From positions 96,001-160,000 of the forward strand of contig CAVZLN010000005.1 of NCBI GenBank assembly GCA_963776245.1: DNA of 64,000 nt. The letters are read 5' to 3'. The position numbers were made by a program, and so were the translations under genes. The notes beneath the pieces were generated by a model. The model was given only the letters and a program-made list of their open reading frames with translations. It was not told where the DNA came from and made no database searches. Position 1 is the stretch's first letter; each line of letters opens with the position of its first letter. The DNA is from Candidatus Eiseniibacteriota bacterium (lineage in GTDB: Bacteria > Eisenbacteria > RBG-16-71-46). Positions 26,429-37,203 of the stretch are shown in pieces.

Positions 26429-27621
26429 CACACTCTCTCCACTGCGAGCGCCACGGCGTTGCCACCGCCGAGACAGAGCGTCGCGAGTCCGGTCTTGAGT
26501 TTGCGCGTCCTGGAGCGCGTACAGCAGCGTGACCAGCACGCGCGCGCCCGAGGCGCCGATCGGGTGGCCGAGCGCCACCGCTCCGCCGTTGACGTTGACA
26601 CGGTCCCAGTCCCAGCCGAGGCCGTTGCCGTCGGCCAGCGCCTGCGCGGCGAACGCCTCGTTGGCCTCGATCAGGTCGAAGTGGCCGATGCCCACGCCCA
26701 TCTGCTTCATGAGCTTCTCGACCGCGACGATGGGCGCGAAGAACAGCTCCTTGGGCTCGCCGCCGCCGGTGGCGTAGCCGGTCACGCGCGCCAGCGGCCT
26801 GGCGCCGGTCGCCTTCACCCGCTCGCCGCTCATCACCACCAGCGCCGCGCCGCCGTCGTTGAGGCCGGGGGCGTTGCCGGCGGTGATCATGCCGCCCTTG
26901 TCGCCTGCGTCACCGCGCCGAGCTTCGCGAGGCCCTCGAGCGTGGTGTCGCCGCGCACCGATTCGTCCTTCGAGACCACGATCGGGTCGCCCTTGCGCTG
27001 CGGGATCGAGACCTTCGCCATCTCGGCGTCGAACCGGCCCGCCGCGATCGCGGCCGCCGCCTTCTGCTGGCTCTTCACCGAGAACTCGTCGAGCTCCTCG
27101 CGCTTGAGTCCGGCCTTCTCGGCGGTGTACTGCGCCAGCTCGATCATGTGGCAGTCGTTGAACGCGCACCACAGCCCGTCGCTCACCGCGCCATCCTTGA
27201 GCGGCGCGTCGCCGAGCTTCTGGCCGTTGCGCAGGGCGAACAGGTAGTGGGGAGCACTGCTCATGCTCTCCTGGCCGCCCGCCACCACCGCGTGCGCGTC
27301 GCCGGCCTTGATGGCCTGCGCGGCGAGCATCACCGCCTTGAGCCCCGAGCCGCACACCTTGTTGACCGTGAGCGCGCCGACCGCCGGATCGATGCCGGCC
27401 TTGATCTGCGCCTGGCGCGCCGGAGCCTGGCCCGCGCCGCCCTGGACGACGTGGCCCATGATGACCTCGTCCACGTCCCTGCCGGTCAGGCCGGCGCGCT
27501 GCAGCGCCTCCCGGATGGCGATGGCGCCGAGATCCGACGCCTTGAGCGCGGCGAGCGAGCCGAGGAACTTGCCGATGGGCGTGCGTGCACCGCCCACGAT
27601 GAACACATCGGGATGGGCCAT
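26428..27621 (-). CDS. Acetyl-CoA C-acetyltransferase (thiolase; apparent frameshifts near 26900 and 26505)
   Basis: [30 protein letters not shown]. Confidence 0.93.
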
Positions 27622-27847
27622 GAGATGACTCCCGCGATAGGTTCCGATGGGGTGGTCCGGAGCGCGGGCATACTACACGAACGCGCGTCGCAAGGCATCG
27701 TGGGGTCGCGCGGGAGCGGACCGCCCCGGACCCCGGCCACAGCGACGGGAGCCGCGTCCCTGCCGCGCGGGTGCGTCTGGCCGTCCTCGAGTCGACGAGG
27801 TGCCGTCGGCTGCCCCGCGTGCCGGCCACCCGCTCAGGCGACCGCCC

Positions 27848-28450
27848 TCATGCCGCGCTCGCCCGGTGGGTGAGCGTCGGCTCGGGGGGGCCGTCCGGGA
27901 ACGCGTGGCGCTGGCGCAACGTGCTCACGATCGCCGCGCTCTCCTCGGGGCCGAGCGCGAACCCGAACCTGAGTGGCCGGCCGCTGGTGTGGATCAGGAT
28001 CCCGCCGCCACCCACCCCGGCGATCGCCAGGGCGGGACGCGCGGCTTCCGGCAGCGATGCCCCGAGAGCGCGGATGCCGCGGACCTGGTCGAAGGGCAGG
28101 TGCTTCCAGCCGCCGATGCCGAACACCTCGCGGCGCACGCGCAGTTCGTCCGCCGCCAGCACCAGCCGCTCGCGGCCGACCAACTGGAACAGCACCGCGT
28201 AGATCGCGGCGACGCCGCCGATGGTCCAGAATGCGAGCCAGGTCGCGAGGAACAACTGCCCGGGGAGCGGCGTGCGTTCGGCGAAGATCGCCGCGATCGC
28301 GAACACTTCCCCCGCGGCCCATCCCCACAGCCACAGGCCGAGGAACACCACCACCGGGACGCTGCGCGTGGCGGGCGCCACCACCTGGAAGCCTTCAGGC
28401 TCGTCGAGCAGGGTGGCGAGCGGCGCGCTGACGGGCGACGGGATGCTCAT
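27848..28450 (-). CDS. Hypothetical membrane protein (2 TM)
   Basis: FLGLWLWGWAAGE and WLAFWTIGG helices followed by a soluble domain. Confidence 0.65.
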   Translation of the reverse strand: MSIPSPVSAPLATLLDEPEGFQVVAPATRSVPVVVFLGLWLWGWAAGEVFAIAAIFAERTPLPGQLFLATWLAFWTIGGVAAIYAVLFQLVGRERLVLAADELRVRREVFGIGGWKHLPFDQVRGIRALGASLPEAARPALAIAGVGGGGILIHTSGRPLRFGFALGPEESAAIVSTLRQRHAFPDGPPEPTLTHRASAA

Positions 28451-28573
28451 GCGGGCGGTCTCCAGTGGGCACGGGGTCGGTCCACCCCCTTCATCGGCCA
28501 CTCCGGGCCCGGGGATGAGAGCGGCCTCAGGGCGGCCGGTCTGCCGGCGGCCGGCGCCGGCGGGCGCGGCCCG

Positions 28574-29758
28574 TCAGCGCGGGCGGAGGATCGCGATGCT
28601 CGCGGTGTGACCGTGCAGGAGGTTGCGTTCGCCGACCGGCCCCAGCTCGCCGGCGCAGAACATGCCCGCCACCGGCACCGCGCCGCCGAGCGCCGACTGG
28701 AGCGTGGCGATGTCCACATCGGGCGAACCGAAGAGGCCGCTGCCGCGCCCGTTGCACGCGAACAGCAGCGCCGCGCTCGCCGGGCGGTCGAACGGCTGCG
28801 GCGACAGCAGCATCTCGAGGTCCTCGCGCGCGGTCGCGGCGTCGCGCACGTGCAGCCGGATGCGCTCGTGCACGACCGCGCGGTCGCCGATCGCGATCAC
28901 GCCGCGATCGCGGTCGGCGCCCAGCAGGTTGCGGATGACGTAGTCCCCGCGCCCCGAGGCGTCCCCCTTCACCGGACGCCCGACATACAGGCCATTCGCC
29001 AGCCGCGCGCGCTCGGTCTCGGGCAGCCCGCGCAGCACCTCCTCGGCCCGCTCGAGCGCCGGGCGCCCGTCGAGCGCCAGGATCATGTGCTGCTCGACCT
29101 CGGTCACCTCGAGCGCGGGCCCGACCGGACGGCAACCCTGCGACACGATCACGTCGGCGCGCAGCGCGCCCTTGAAGGCCAGCGCCACCCCGCCCTGATC
29201 GCTCACCCAGTCGTTGAGCAGCAGCGCGTTGCCCCCGGGCCGCACGGCGGCGCTCGCGAGCCCGCCGACCACGCGCGTGCCGGGCGCGTGACGGTCGAAG
29301 GATGCGAGCACGCTCTCGACATCGAGCGAGAATGGATCGCCGAGCAGCAGCACGAGCTCGGCGCCCTTCGCCTGCGGCGCCAGCTCGGCGAACACCCCCG
29401 GGTTCTCGTACGCGTCGGCCCACGCCTCGCCCACCAGCACGAACGCGTGGAGCGCCACCCCGGGCAGGCGCGCCGCCAGCAGCGCGAGCGCCGGCGCCGA
29501 CTCGATCTCGTGCGCCGCGGTCACGATGCCGCGCGCGGAGCCGCCGAGAAGGGTCGCGGGGGCCAGACGGCGGCGCACGGCGGTGGCGATCGCCTCGGCG
29601 TGCGCGACGTGGTGGGCGGAGAGGAAGACCAGCGCGAGGTCGAGCGGCCCGTCACCGAGCTGCGCCGCGATCGCCTCGCACGCCTCGTTGGCGGCGGTGG
29701 CGGCGTCCTCGGCGCGCGAGTCGGCGGAGGCCCAGCGCATCGCCGGGGCGTCGGTCAT
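28574..29758 (-). CDS. FIST N/FIST C domain protein
   Basis: LGDPFS, VVGGLAS, VSQGCRPVG, LFACNGRG, GMFCAGELGP...LHGHT. Confidence 0.88.
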   Translation of the reverse strand: MTDAPAMRWASADSRAEDAATAANEACEAIAAQLGDGPLDLALVFLSAHHVAHAEAIATAVRRRLAPATLLGGSARGIVTAAHEIESAPALALLAARLPGVALHAFVLVGEAWADAYENPGVFAELAPQAKGAELVLLLGDPFSLDVESVLASFDRHAPGTRVVGGLASAAVRPGGNALLLNDWVSDQGGVALAFKGALRADVIVSQGCRPVGPALEVTEVEQHMILALDGRPALERAEEVLRGLPETERARLANGLYVGRPVKGDASGRGDYVIRNLLGADRDRGVIAIGDRAVVHERIRLHVRDAATAREDLEMLLSPQPFDRPASAALLFACNGRGSGLFGSPDVDIATLQSALGGAVPVAGMFCAGELGPVGERNLLHGHTASIAILRPR

Positions 29759-29765
29759 CGCCCGC

Positions 29766-30908
29766 TCACACCCGCTTCAGGATCTCGCGCGCGATGACCA
29801 GCCGCTGGATCTCGCTCGTGCCCTCGCCGATCTCCATCAGCTTGGCGTCGCGATGCATGCGCTCGACCGGGACGTCGCGGCAGTAGCCCATGCCGCCATG
29901 GATCTGGATCGCCTTGTCGGTCACCCAGTTCCCGGTCTCGCTCGCGAACAGCTTCGCCATCGAGGCCTCCATCGCGTACTCCTCCCCCGCGTCCTTGAGC
30001 ACCGCGGCCTGGTAGACCAGCAGGCGCGAGGCCTCGATGCGCGTGGCCATGTCGGCGAGCATGAACTGGATCGCCTGGAACTCGGCGATCGGTTTGCCGA
30101 ACTGGTGGCGCTGCTTCGAGTAGCGGAGGCTGTGCTCGTACGCGCCCTGCGCCAGCCCGAGCGCGAGCGCGCCGATCGAGATGCGGCCGCCGTGGAGCGT
30201 CTTCATGAACGCCGCGAAGCCGCCGGTGGGCTCGCCGATCATGTCCGCTTCGGGCACGAACACGTCCTCGAACACCACCTCGACGGTGTCCGAGCCGCGC
30301 AGGCCCATCTTCTTCTCGCGCTTGCCCACCGAGAAACCCGGCACGCCGGTCTCGATGATGAAGGCCGAGATCCCCCGGGTGCCCTTGGAGGAGTCGGTGC
30401 GCGCGGTGATGGTGATGTACTTCGCCACGCTGCCGTTGGTGATGTAGACCTTCGAGCCGTTCACCTTCCAGCCGCCGGCCACCTTCTCGGCGCGCGTCTT
30501 GGTGCCCGCGGCGTCCGAGCCGGCGTCCGATTCGGTGAGACCGAAGGCGCCGATCGCCTCGCCCCTGGCCATCGGCACGAGGTACTTGAGCTTCTGCTCC
30601 TCGCTGCCCGCGCCGTAGACCGGGCCGCACCCGAGCGAGACGTGCGCCGCCAGCGTGATGGCGGTGGAGCCGCACGCGCGGGCGATCTCCTCCACGGCGA
30701 TGGCGTAGGCGAGCGTGTCCATCCCCGCGCCGCCGTACTTCTCGGGGAACGGCAGCCCGAGGAAGCCCAGTTCGGCCATCTGCTTCACCAGGTCGTGCGG
30801 GAACTCCTCGGCCTCGTCCAGCTCGCGCGCGCGCGGGGCGACGACCTCGTCGGCGAAACGGCGCGCCATCTCGCGCACCTGGAGGTGCTCTTCCTTCAGG
30901 AACAGCAT
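29766..30908 (-). CDS. Acyl-CoA dehydrogenase
   Basis: [48 protein letters not shown]. Confidence 0.93.
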   Translation of the reverse strand: MLFLKEEHLQVREMARRFADEVVAPRARELDEAEEFPHDLVKQMAELGFLGLPFPEKYGGAGMDTLAYAIAVEEIARACGSTAITLAAHVSLGCGPVYGAGSEEQKLKYLVPMARGEAIGAFGLTESDAGSDAAGTKTRAEKVAGGWKVNGSKVYITNGSVAKYITITARTDSSKGTRGISAFIIETGVPGFSVGKREKKMGLRGSDTVEVVFEDVFVPEADMIGEPTGGFAAFMKTLHGGRISIGALALGLAQGAYEHSLRYSKQRHQFGKPIAEFQAIQFMLADMATRIEASRLLVYQAAVLKDAGEEYAMEASMAKLFASETGNWVTDKAIQIHGGMGYCRDVPVERMHRDAKLMEIGEGTSEIQRLVIAREILKRV

Positions 30909-31068
30909 GCGGGTTCGGGCTCCCTGAGGTGGATGCTGGCGGGTGCGGTCCCGGGCGCCGCCGCCGGGTCCGGCGGGGCGGATGGAAGGTCCGCGCGCGA
31001 GGACTCTACCCGATGCGATGCGGCGCGTGAAAGGTCGGGCGGCCGGCGCGCGCCGCCCGAGCGGCGGA

Positions 31069-31830
31069 TCATCGCCGCTGCGGCCCCACCGGCGGGGCGG
31101 CAACCGGCCCCGGGGCCTCGCGCCGCACCGGTCCGAGCGCGAAGCGGGCGTTCTCGTCGAGGTCGCCCGAGAGATGGTGCAGGTGTTCGAGCGCGAGCAG
31201 CCCGGCGGTGCGGCCCACGATGCGCCACGACTCGCTCGGCGTGCGTCGCATCGCGGACCGGCCATCGCCCGGGCCGGCGGGCTCGCCCGGCTCGATGGAG
31301 AACCCCGCGCGCGCCGGGATCGGGCGCGCGCCCGCCTCGACCGCCTGCGGCGAGAGCGCGGCCACCGTGATCCGGTAGCCCGGTGGCTGCGACGGACCGG
31401 ACGACACCACGTTCAGCACGATCTGCACGTTCCAGGCTCCCCAGCCGCCGGTGCCCTCGATGAGCCGGAATCGCGCGCTCACCGGCACGCTCGCGGCCGG
31501 ACGCCCGTCGCGCTCGCGCTCGGTGGCGTAGGCGCCCTCGGCGAACGCGCCGCGGAACGCCGCCATGAACGCGCGCCCCAGCGAGTCCGCGAGCGGCGGA
31601 TCGAACTCGAGCGATGCCAGCCACGCGAGGTTCGGCGCCCCGGGCGGCGGGGGCACGGTGTCGGCGATCGTGGTCTGCGGCGTCTGCATCTCCCGCGGGT
31701 CGGTCGGGATCTGCGCGCGCGGATCGGCGGACGCGGGCGGCGCGGCCGTCGGGCGCGATTGCGCGCGGGCCGCCGGGGTTGCGAGGCACGCGAGCGCGAT
31801 GGACAGGACCACGACGAGGTTCCGGCTCAT
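31069..31830 (-). CDS. Hypothetical secreted protein
   Basis: Signal peptide [23 protein letters not shown]; no recognised domain. Confidence 0.6.
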   Translation of the reverse strand: MSRNLVVVLSIALACLATPAARAQSRPTAAPPASADPRAQIPTDPREMQTPQTTIADTVPPPPGAPNLAWLASLEFDPPLADSLGRAFMAAFRGAFAEGAYATERERDGRPAASVPVSARFRLIEGTGGWGAWNVQIVLNVVSSGPSQPPGYRITVAALSPQAVEAGARPIPARAGFSIEPGEPAGPGDGRSAMRRTPSESWRIVGRTAGLLALEHLHHLSGDLDENARFALGPVRREAPGPVAAPPVGPQRR

Positions 31831-31894
31831 GGGGGCTTCCTCCCGCGGCCCATCATGCACCTCCGGCCGGTGGATGTGCCACCCGCGGTCCGGC

Positions 31895-32116
31895 TCAGCG
31901 CGGCAGCGAGTCCACCTGCGCGTTCATGCGCGCCGCCGCGTCCGCGCCGCGGTCGGACGCCTCGAGCGCGCCGCCCACGGCGCCCGCGCCCGGGATGGGC
32001 TCCCGCGCCAGGATGCTGTCGCGCTGGCGCTGGGTCAGTTCGCGCTTCTCCGCGCCCGGCTGCCTGGCGCAGCCCGCCAGCGCCAGCAGCGCCACCGCGA
32101 TGACGATCTTCCTCAT
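31895..32116 (-). CDS. Small lipoprotein
   Basis: MRKIVIAVALLALAGC lipobox; ATGA-coupled. Confidence 0.75.
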   Translation of the reverse strand: MRKIVIAVALLALAGCARQPGAEKRELTQRQRDSILAREPIPGAGAVGGALEASDRGADAAARMNAQVDSLPR

Positions 32117-32730
32117 GACGGATCCCCCTCTGGTCCGAGCGGCCCGCTCTCGATCAGCCGACGCCCCGCGGCGCGGGCCCGGGCGAGCAGCGCCGGATCG
32201 CGCGTGACGCTGCCCGGCTCCACGTCGTCGTGCACCCAGGCGATGGTCTCCTCCCACCTGGCACCCACCCACTTGAGGAACCCCCGCACGCTGCGTTCAG
32301 CCAGGTCGTGGCGCTGGCGCTCGCCGCACGCGGTCACGAACAGCCCGCGGCGCGTGCGTTCCCAGCGCGGGCGGAACCCGTGCCCGCCGCCGGGCAGGAG
32401 CACCAGCGGCGTGACGCAGTTGCAGCGGTCCATCACCGCCTTGAGCGGCGCGCTCACGGTGTCGAAGTACACCGGCGACCCCACCACCACCGCGTGCGCG
32501 GCCTCCAGCAGCGCGTACACCCGGTCCATGTCGTCGCGGAAGATGCACAGCCCGGTGGTGGGCTCGGGACCGCACGCCATGCACGGGATGACCTTGAGGT
32601 CCAGGCAGCGCACCTGCTCGGCGTAGCCACCGGCCTCGACGGCGCCCGCCAGCACCTCGGCGAGCAGCCGGTCCACGCTGCTGCCCTGCACCGGGCTCCC
32701 GTTCAGCGCCACCACCAGCCGTGCGCTCAT
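32113..32730 (-). CDS. Flavodoxin-family / iron-sulfur-flavoprotein-like protein
   Basis: ALNGSP, CMAC...C..RDDM, VVGSPVYF...LKAVMDR. Confidence 0.85.
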   Translation of the reverse strand: MSARLVVALNGSPVQGSSVDRLLAEVLAGAVEAGGYAEQVRCLDLKVIPCMACGPEPTTGLCIFRDDMDRVYALLEAAHAVVVGSPVYFDTVSAPLKAVMDRCNCVTPLVLLPGGGHGFRPRWERTRRGLFVTACGERQRHDLAERSVRGFLKWVGARWEETIAWVHDDVEPGSVTRDPALLARARAAGRRLIESGPLGPEGDPS

Positions 32731-33422
32731 CACTTCCGTTTCGGTCTCGCCTTCGACGCGCCCTTCGCGGTCCGCTTCGCCGCGGCCTTCTTCCCCGCCG
32801 GCTTCGCCTTCCGCGCTGCCGGCTTCGTCTTCTTGACCGTTGGCTTCGCCTTCTTGACCGCTGGCTTCGCCTTCCTCGCCACCGGCTTCATCCCCTTCGC
32901 CACCGGCTTCGCGGGGGCGCGGTGGTGTCTCCGCTCCGCGGCGGTGGGGGACGGGAACGCGGACGGCACCGGCATCGCGCCGGTGCTCGGCCGCTCGGGC
33001 AGCGGCGCCAGCGCGTCCGCGCCGAAGCGTTCGGCGAACCACGCGCGGATGTACACCACGATGTCCTCGGTGGACGAGCCCGGGCCGAACAGCCGCCCGA
33101 TGCCCGCCTGGGCCAGCGCCTCCATGTCGTCGGCCGGGATGATGCCGCCGCCGGTCAGCAGCTTGTCGCCGATCCCGCGCTCGACCATCAGCGCGTGCAC
33201 CGCGGGGAACAGCGTCATGTGGGCCCCCGAGAGGATCGAGAGCGCCACGACGTCCACGTCCTCCTGGAGCGCGGCCTCGACGATCTGCGCGGCGGTCTGA
33301 TGGAGCCCGGTGTAGATGACCTCCATGCCGGCGTCCCTCAGCGCCGCCGCGACCACCTTGGCTCCGCGATCGTGCCCATCGAGGCCCGGCTTGCCCACCA
33401 GGACCCGGATCTTGCGTTGCAT
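32730..33422 (-). CDS. B12-binding small subunit of acyl-CoA mutase with Lys/Ala/Pro-rich C-terminal tail
   Basis: [13 protein letters not shown] (DxHxxG), SILSGAH, GGGIIP, followed by a basic tail. Confidence 0.92.
   Translation of the reverse strand: MQRKIRVLVGKPGLDGHDRGAKVVAAALRDAGMEVIYTGLHQTAAQIVEAALQEDVDVVALSILSGAHMTLFPAVHALMVERGIGDKLLTGGGIIPADDMEALAQAGIGRLFGPGSSTEDIVVYIRAWFAERFGADALAPLPERPSTGAMPVPSAFPSPTAAERRHHRAPAKPVAKGMKPVARKAKPAVKKAKPTVKKTKPAARKAKPAGKKAAAKRTAKGASKARPKRK
32779..32912 (-). repeat. Coding 21-bp tandem repeat (about 6 units) encoding KAKP(A/V/T)xK-like heptads
   Basis: Plus-strand GGCTTC recurs at 32800, 32821, 32842, 32863, 32884, 32905. Confidence 0.85.
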
Positions 33423-33463
33423 GCGGCTCTCTCCTTCCGTCGTGCGGCGCCTCGCGGCGCGGA

Positions 33464-34156
33464 TCAGCGTCTGGGATCTTCGATGTCGGAGACATCCGGC
33501 ATGTTCGCCAGCTCCTCGAGCGTGTCCTCGAACGCGTGGCGCGCCGCCTCGAACTGCTCCGCCGGCACCGGGATCGGGCTGCCGTCGTCGTCGTGCGGGC
33601 GCTGGATGACCCCGCGCCGCTCGAGCAGGGCGAGCGCGCCGCGCGCGGACTCCTCGGTCTCGAACGCGAGCGGCCGGTACTCGCCGTCGCGCCCCAGCAG
33701 CTCGAGCCGCCACGGGTCCACGTCGGGGGCGCCGCGCACCACGCGGCCGGCGCTGAAGTCTCCGGCGTCGAGGCCGTAGCCCGGCAGCCCGCCGCCCTCG
33801 GCACGGCGCTTCACCGACAGCACCTCGGCGCGCAGCTGCTCCCACGGCACCATGCCCCCGAGCACCGCCGTGTGCGCCTCGCCGAGCGGCAGCATGCGCA
33901 CCCCCACGCTGCCGGGCAGCAGCACCTCGCCATTCGAGGTCACGAACAGCATCTCGTCCGGCCCGGGCGCCTCGTCATCGTCCTCGTCCGCGTCGTCGCT
34001 CGCCGCGTCCGCCGCCTCTTCGAGCGCGTCATGCCCGGTCTCACGCCGGGTCGCCCCGGTGCCGACCGGCTCCGATACCGTGCCACGGCGCATCAGCATG
34101 GCCACCACCGCCATGACCACGGCCGCGCCCACCAGAGGTGCCCAGGGAATGGTCAT
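33464..34156 (-). CDS. Hypothetical protein with N-terminal TM anchor and acidic segments
   Basis: TM helix, then [13 protein letters not shown]; acidic C-terminus; lies between the mutase large and small subunit genes. Confidence 0.7.
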   Translation of the reverse strand: MTIPWAPLVGAAVVMAVVAMLMRRGTVSEPVGTGATRRETGHDALEEAADAASDDADEDDDEAPGPDEMLFVTSNGEVLLPGSVGVRMLPLGEAHTAVLGGMVPWEQLRAEVLSVKRRAEGGGLPGYGLDAGDFSAGRVVRGAPDVDPWRLELLGRDGEYRPLAFETEESARGALALLERRGVIQRPHDDDGSPIPVPAEQFEAARHAFEDTLEELANMPDVSDIEDPRR

Positions 34157-34171
34157 GCGTCTCTCGCGCGC

Positions 34172-35938
34172 CTAGAACTCGGCGCTCTCCACGTGGTCGC
34201 CGAACACCTCGCGCATCGCGTCGCGGATCTCGCCCTCGGTCGCGTACGTCCGCGCGCAGTCGAGGATCTTCTCCATCAGGTTCGCCTCGCCCGGCCGGGT
34301 GCGCGCGGCCGCGGTGAGCGCCTTGAGCGCGGTGGCCGTGGCGGCATGGTCCCGGGTGCGCTTGAGCTCGGCGATGACGCGCTTCTGCTCGGCCTCGACC
34401 TCCTCGCCGATCGTCAGGATCGGGATGTCGAGCTTCTCGTCGGGCTCCACGTACTCGTTCACGCCGACGATGATGCGCTGCCTGCGCTCGATCTCGCGCT
34501 GGTACTGGTAGGCCGCGCGCCCGATCTCGCGCTGGAAGAAGCCGCGCTCGATGCCGGCCACCACCCCGCCCATCTCGGCGATCTGGCGGAAATAGGCCTC
34601 GGCCTGCTCCTCGAGCGAGTTGGTGAGGCTCTCGACGTAGTACGAGCCGGCCAGCGGATCGATGGTCTCGGTCACGCCGATCTCGTGCGCGATCACCTGC
34701 TGGGTCCGCAGCGCGATCTTCACCGCCTTGTCGCTCGGCAGCGCGATGGTCTCGTCCATCGAGTTGGTGTGGAGCGACTGCGTGCCTCCCAGCACCCCGG
34801 CCAGCGCCTGGAAGGCGGTGCGCATGATGTTGTTCTCGGGCTGCTTGTCCCACAGCGAGCATCCCGCGGTCTGGGTGTGGAACCGCATCAGCCACGATTC
34901 CTTCTTCTTCGCGCCGAAGCGCTCGCGCATGTGGCGCGCCCAGATGCGGCGCGCGGCGCGCAGCTTGGCGATCTCCTCGAAGAAGTCGAGGTGGCTGTTC
35001 CAGAAGAACGACAGGCGGGGGGCGAACTCGTCGATGTCGAGCCCGCGCTCGAGGCAGCGCTCGACGTAGGTGAAGCCGTCGGCGATGGTGAACGCCAGCT
35101 CCTGCGCCGCGGTGCTGCCGGCCTCGCGGATGTGGTAGCCGGAGATCGAGATGGTGTTCCACTGCGGCACGTTGCGGGTCGCGAAGTCGATCAGATCGAC
35201 GATGATCCGCAATGATGGCTCGGGCGGGAAACACCAGCACTTCTGGGCGATGTACTCCTTGAGGATGTCATTTTGCAGCGTGCCGCGCAGCCGCGCGAAC
35301 GGGACTCCGCGCTTCTCGGCGTTCGCGAGGTAGAACGCGAACATGATCGCCGCCGGCCCATTGATGGTCATCGACGTGGACACCCGGCCCGGATCGATCC
35401 CCCCGAGCAGCGTCTCCATGTCGCGCAGCGAGTCCACCGCCACGCCGCACTTGCCGACCTCGCCGTGCGACTTCGGATGGTCGCTGTCGTAGCCCATGAT
35501 GGTGGGGTTGTCGAACGCGATGGACAGGCCGGTCTGGCCGTGACCGAGCAGGTAGTGGAAGCGCTCGTTGGTCTCGCGCGCGGTGCCGAAGCCCGCGAAC
35601 TGGCGCATCGTGAACATGCGCCCCCGGTACATGGTGGGGTGCACGCCGCGCGTGAACGGATACTCGCCGGGCACCGAGAGGTCGCGAGCGAGATCCATGC
35701 CCTGGACGTCGTCCGGGGTGTAGAGCGGCCGGATCGGCAGGCCCGAGATGGTGAACGGATAGAGCCCCGGGCGCTCGCGGTCCGCCGGATAGCCGGCCCG
35801 GTAGTCCTGGCTGAGACGCGCGAAGTCGCGGTCCGCGGCGGGCCGGGACGCGCGGGCGCGCGCGGGATGGGCACGGGTGCGCCGGCGACCGGCCGGCGTT
35901 CCGCCGCGCGCCGGGGTCTTGGAAGAGCGATTCGCCAC
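34172..35938 (-). CDS. icmA: Acyl-CoA mutase large subunit, isobutyryl-CoA mutase type
   Basis: [28 protein letters not shown] (Phe/Gln where MCM has Tyr/Arg); GTG start with GGAGG RBS; intact frame. Confidence 0.8.
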   Translation of the reverse strand: MANRSSKTPARGGTPAGRRRTRAHPARARASRPAADRDFARLSQDYRAGYPADRERPGLYPFTISGLPIRPLYTPDDVQGMDLARDLSVPGEYPFTRGVHPTMYRGRMFTMRQFAGFGTARETNERFHYLLGHGQTGLSIAFDNPTIMGYDSDHPKSHGEVGKCGVAVDSLRDMETLLGGIDPGRVSTSMTINGPAAIMFAFYLANAEKRGVPFARLRGTLQNDILKEYIAQKCWCFPPEPSLRIIVDLIDFATRNVPQWNTISISGYHIREAGSTAAQELAFTIADGFTYVERCLERGLDIDEFAPRLSFFWNSHLDFFEEIAKLRAARRIWARHMRERFGAKKKESWLMRFHTQTAGCSLWDKQPENNIMRTAFQALAGVLGGTQSLHTNSMDETIALPSDKAVKIALRTQQVIAHEIGVTETIDPLAGSYYVESLTNSLEEQAEAYFRQIAEMGGVVAGIERGFFQREIGRAAYQYQREIERRQRIIVGVNEYVEPDEKLDIPILTIGEEVEAEQKRVIAELKRTRDHAATATALKALTAAARTRPGEANLMEKILDCARTYATEGEIRDAMREVFGDHVESAEF

Positions 35939-35986
35939 GGTGCCTCCTTGGGGCCGGCGGCCGGGTGTCGAGCGTCGGACTGCGCG

Positions 35987-36016
35987 AGAGTACGGGGGCG
36001 CTCTGAGGGCGGTCAA
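35987..36016 (-). promoter_or_regulatory. Putative sigma70 promoter of icmA operon
   Basis: TTGACC-N18-TACTCT. Confidence 0.6.
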
Positions 36017-36105
36017 GAACCACACGCGGGCCCGGATGGGACGCCCGGCACGCCGTCGGTCAGCGGTCGAGGCGTGCGGTCGTCCCCGCGGTGCCCCACG
36101 CCTGC

Positions 36106-37053
36106 TCAGCCGCGCGTCAGGCGCTCCGCCGCCTGCCGCGGGGTGAGCCGGCGCTCCACCACCTCCTCGAGCACCGCGGACCGCTCGGCACGCGGCACCG
36201 CGGACTCGTGAGCGGCCCAGAGCTGCGCCCGCACCAGATCGTCGAGGCGCTGCTCGAGCCGCTGGCGCCGGCGCTGGTGGAGCCCGCCGTGGGCGGCGAG
36301 GTAGCCGAGGTGCTCCTCGAACGCGTCCACGACCGCGAGCACGCCGGTGCCGGTGGATGCCGTGGTGAGCAGCACCGGCGGGCGCCGGTCGCTCATCGCG
36401 GCGCGCAGATCGAGCGCGCTGTTGACGGCGTAGGCGGCGCGCTCGGCGCCTTCGCGATCGGCCTTGTTGATCACGAACAGGTCGCCGATCTCCATCAGGC
36501 CGGCCTTCATCGCCTGGACCGCGTCGCCCGACTCCGGCACCAGCACCACCGCGGTGGAGTCCGCGGTCTGCGCCACCTCGAGCTCGCTCTGCCCCACCCC
36601 CACGGTCTCGATCAGGATGCGCGCGAAGCCCGCGGCGTCAAGCACGTCGCACACCTGCGCGGTGTGCACCGCCAGCCCGCCCATGCTGCCGCGGGTCGCC
36701 ATCGAACGGATGAACACGCCCGGGTCGCCCGAGAGTTCGCCCATGCGCACGCGGTCGCCGAGCAGCGCGCCGCCGCTGAACGGGCTGGTGGGGTCCACCG
36801 CCACGATCGCCACGGTCTGCCCGCGGCGGCGGTAGTCCTGCGCCAGGCGCGTGACCAGCGTGCTCTTGCCGGCGCCCGGCGGGCCCGTGATGCCGACGCG
36901 GAACGCCTGTCCGCTGCGCGCGAAGCAGGCATCGAGGATCTCGACCGCGTCAGGCGCCTCGTTCTCGACCCGCGAGATCGCGCGCGCGAGCGGGACGCGC
37001 GCGCCGGCGAGCAGGCCCTCGAGCACTTCGGCGGTGGAGAGGTCGAGGATCAC
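36106..37053 (-). CDS. meaB: Mutase-associated GTPase chaperone MeaB/ArgK
   Basis: [44 protein letters not shown]. Confidence 0.95.
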   Translation of the reverse strand: MILDLSTAEVLEGLLAGARVPLARAISRVENEAPDAVEILDACFARSGQAFRVGITGPPGAGKSTLVTRLAQDYRRRGQTVAIVAVDPTSPFSGGALLGDRVRMGELSGDPGVFIRSMATRGSMGGLAVHTAQVCDVLDAAGFARILIETVGVGQSELEVAQTADSTAVVLVPESGDAVQAMKAGLMEIGDLFVINKADREGAERAAYAVNSALDLRAAMSDRRPPVLLTTASTGTGVLAVVDAFEEHLGYLAAHGGLHQRRRQRLEQRLDDLVRAQLWAAHESAVPRAERSAVLEEVVERRLTPRQAAERLTRG

Positions 37054-37130
37054 GTGCCGTCCGGGATCGGGTGGTGCGTGCGCCGGCTCGCGGGGTGGCC
37101 GCGCGCCGGCGGGGCGAGTCGGGACGCGCG

Positions 37131-37160
37131 AACTTACGCGGCGGGTGCGCGGCGGGTCAA
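37131..37160 (-). promoter_or_regulatory. Putative sigma70 promoter of meaB
   Basis: TTGACC-N18-TAAGTT. Confidence 0.6.
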
Positions 37161-37203
37161 GACACGGGCGGCCGCGCGCCGGTCACGGGCGAAGCCGCCG
37201 GCG

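Noticed and set aside
25523..27829. Thiolase-Hbd fusion suggested by the 768-aa ORF
   Set aside because: Produced by a frameshift near 26505; the thiolase has its own TGA overlapping the hbd ATG at 26428.
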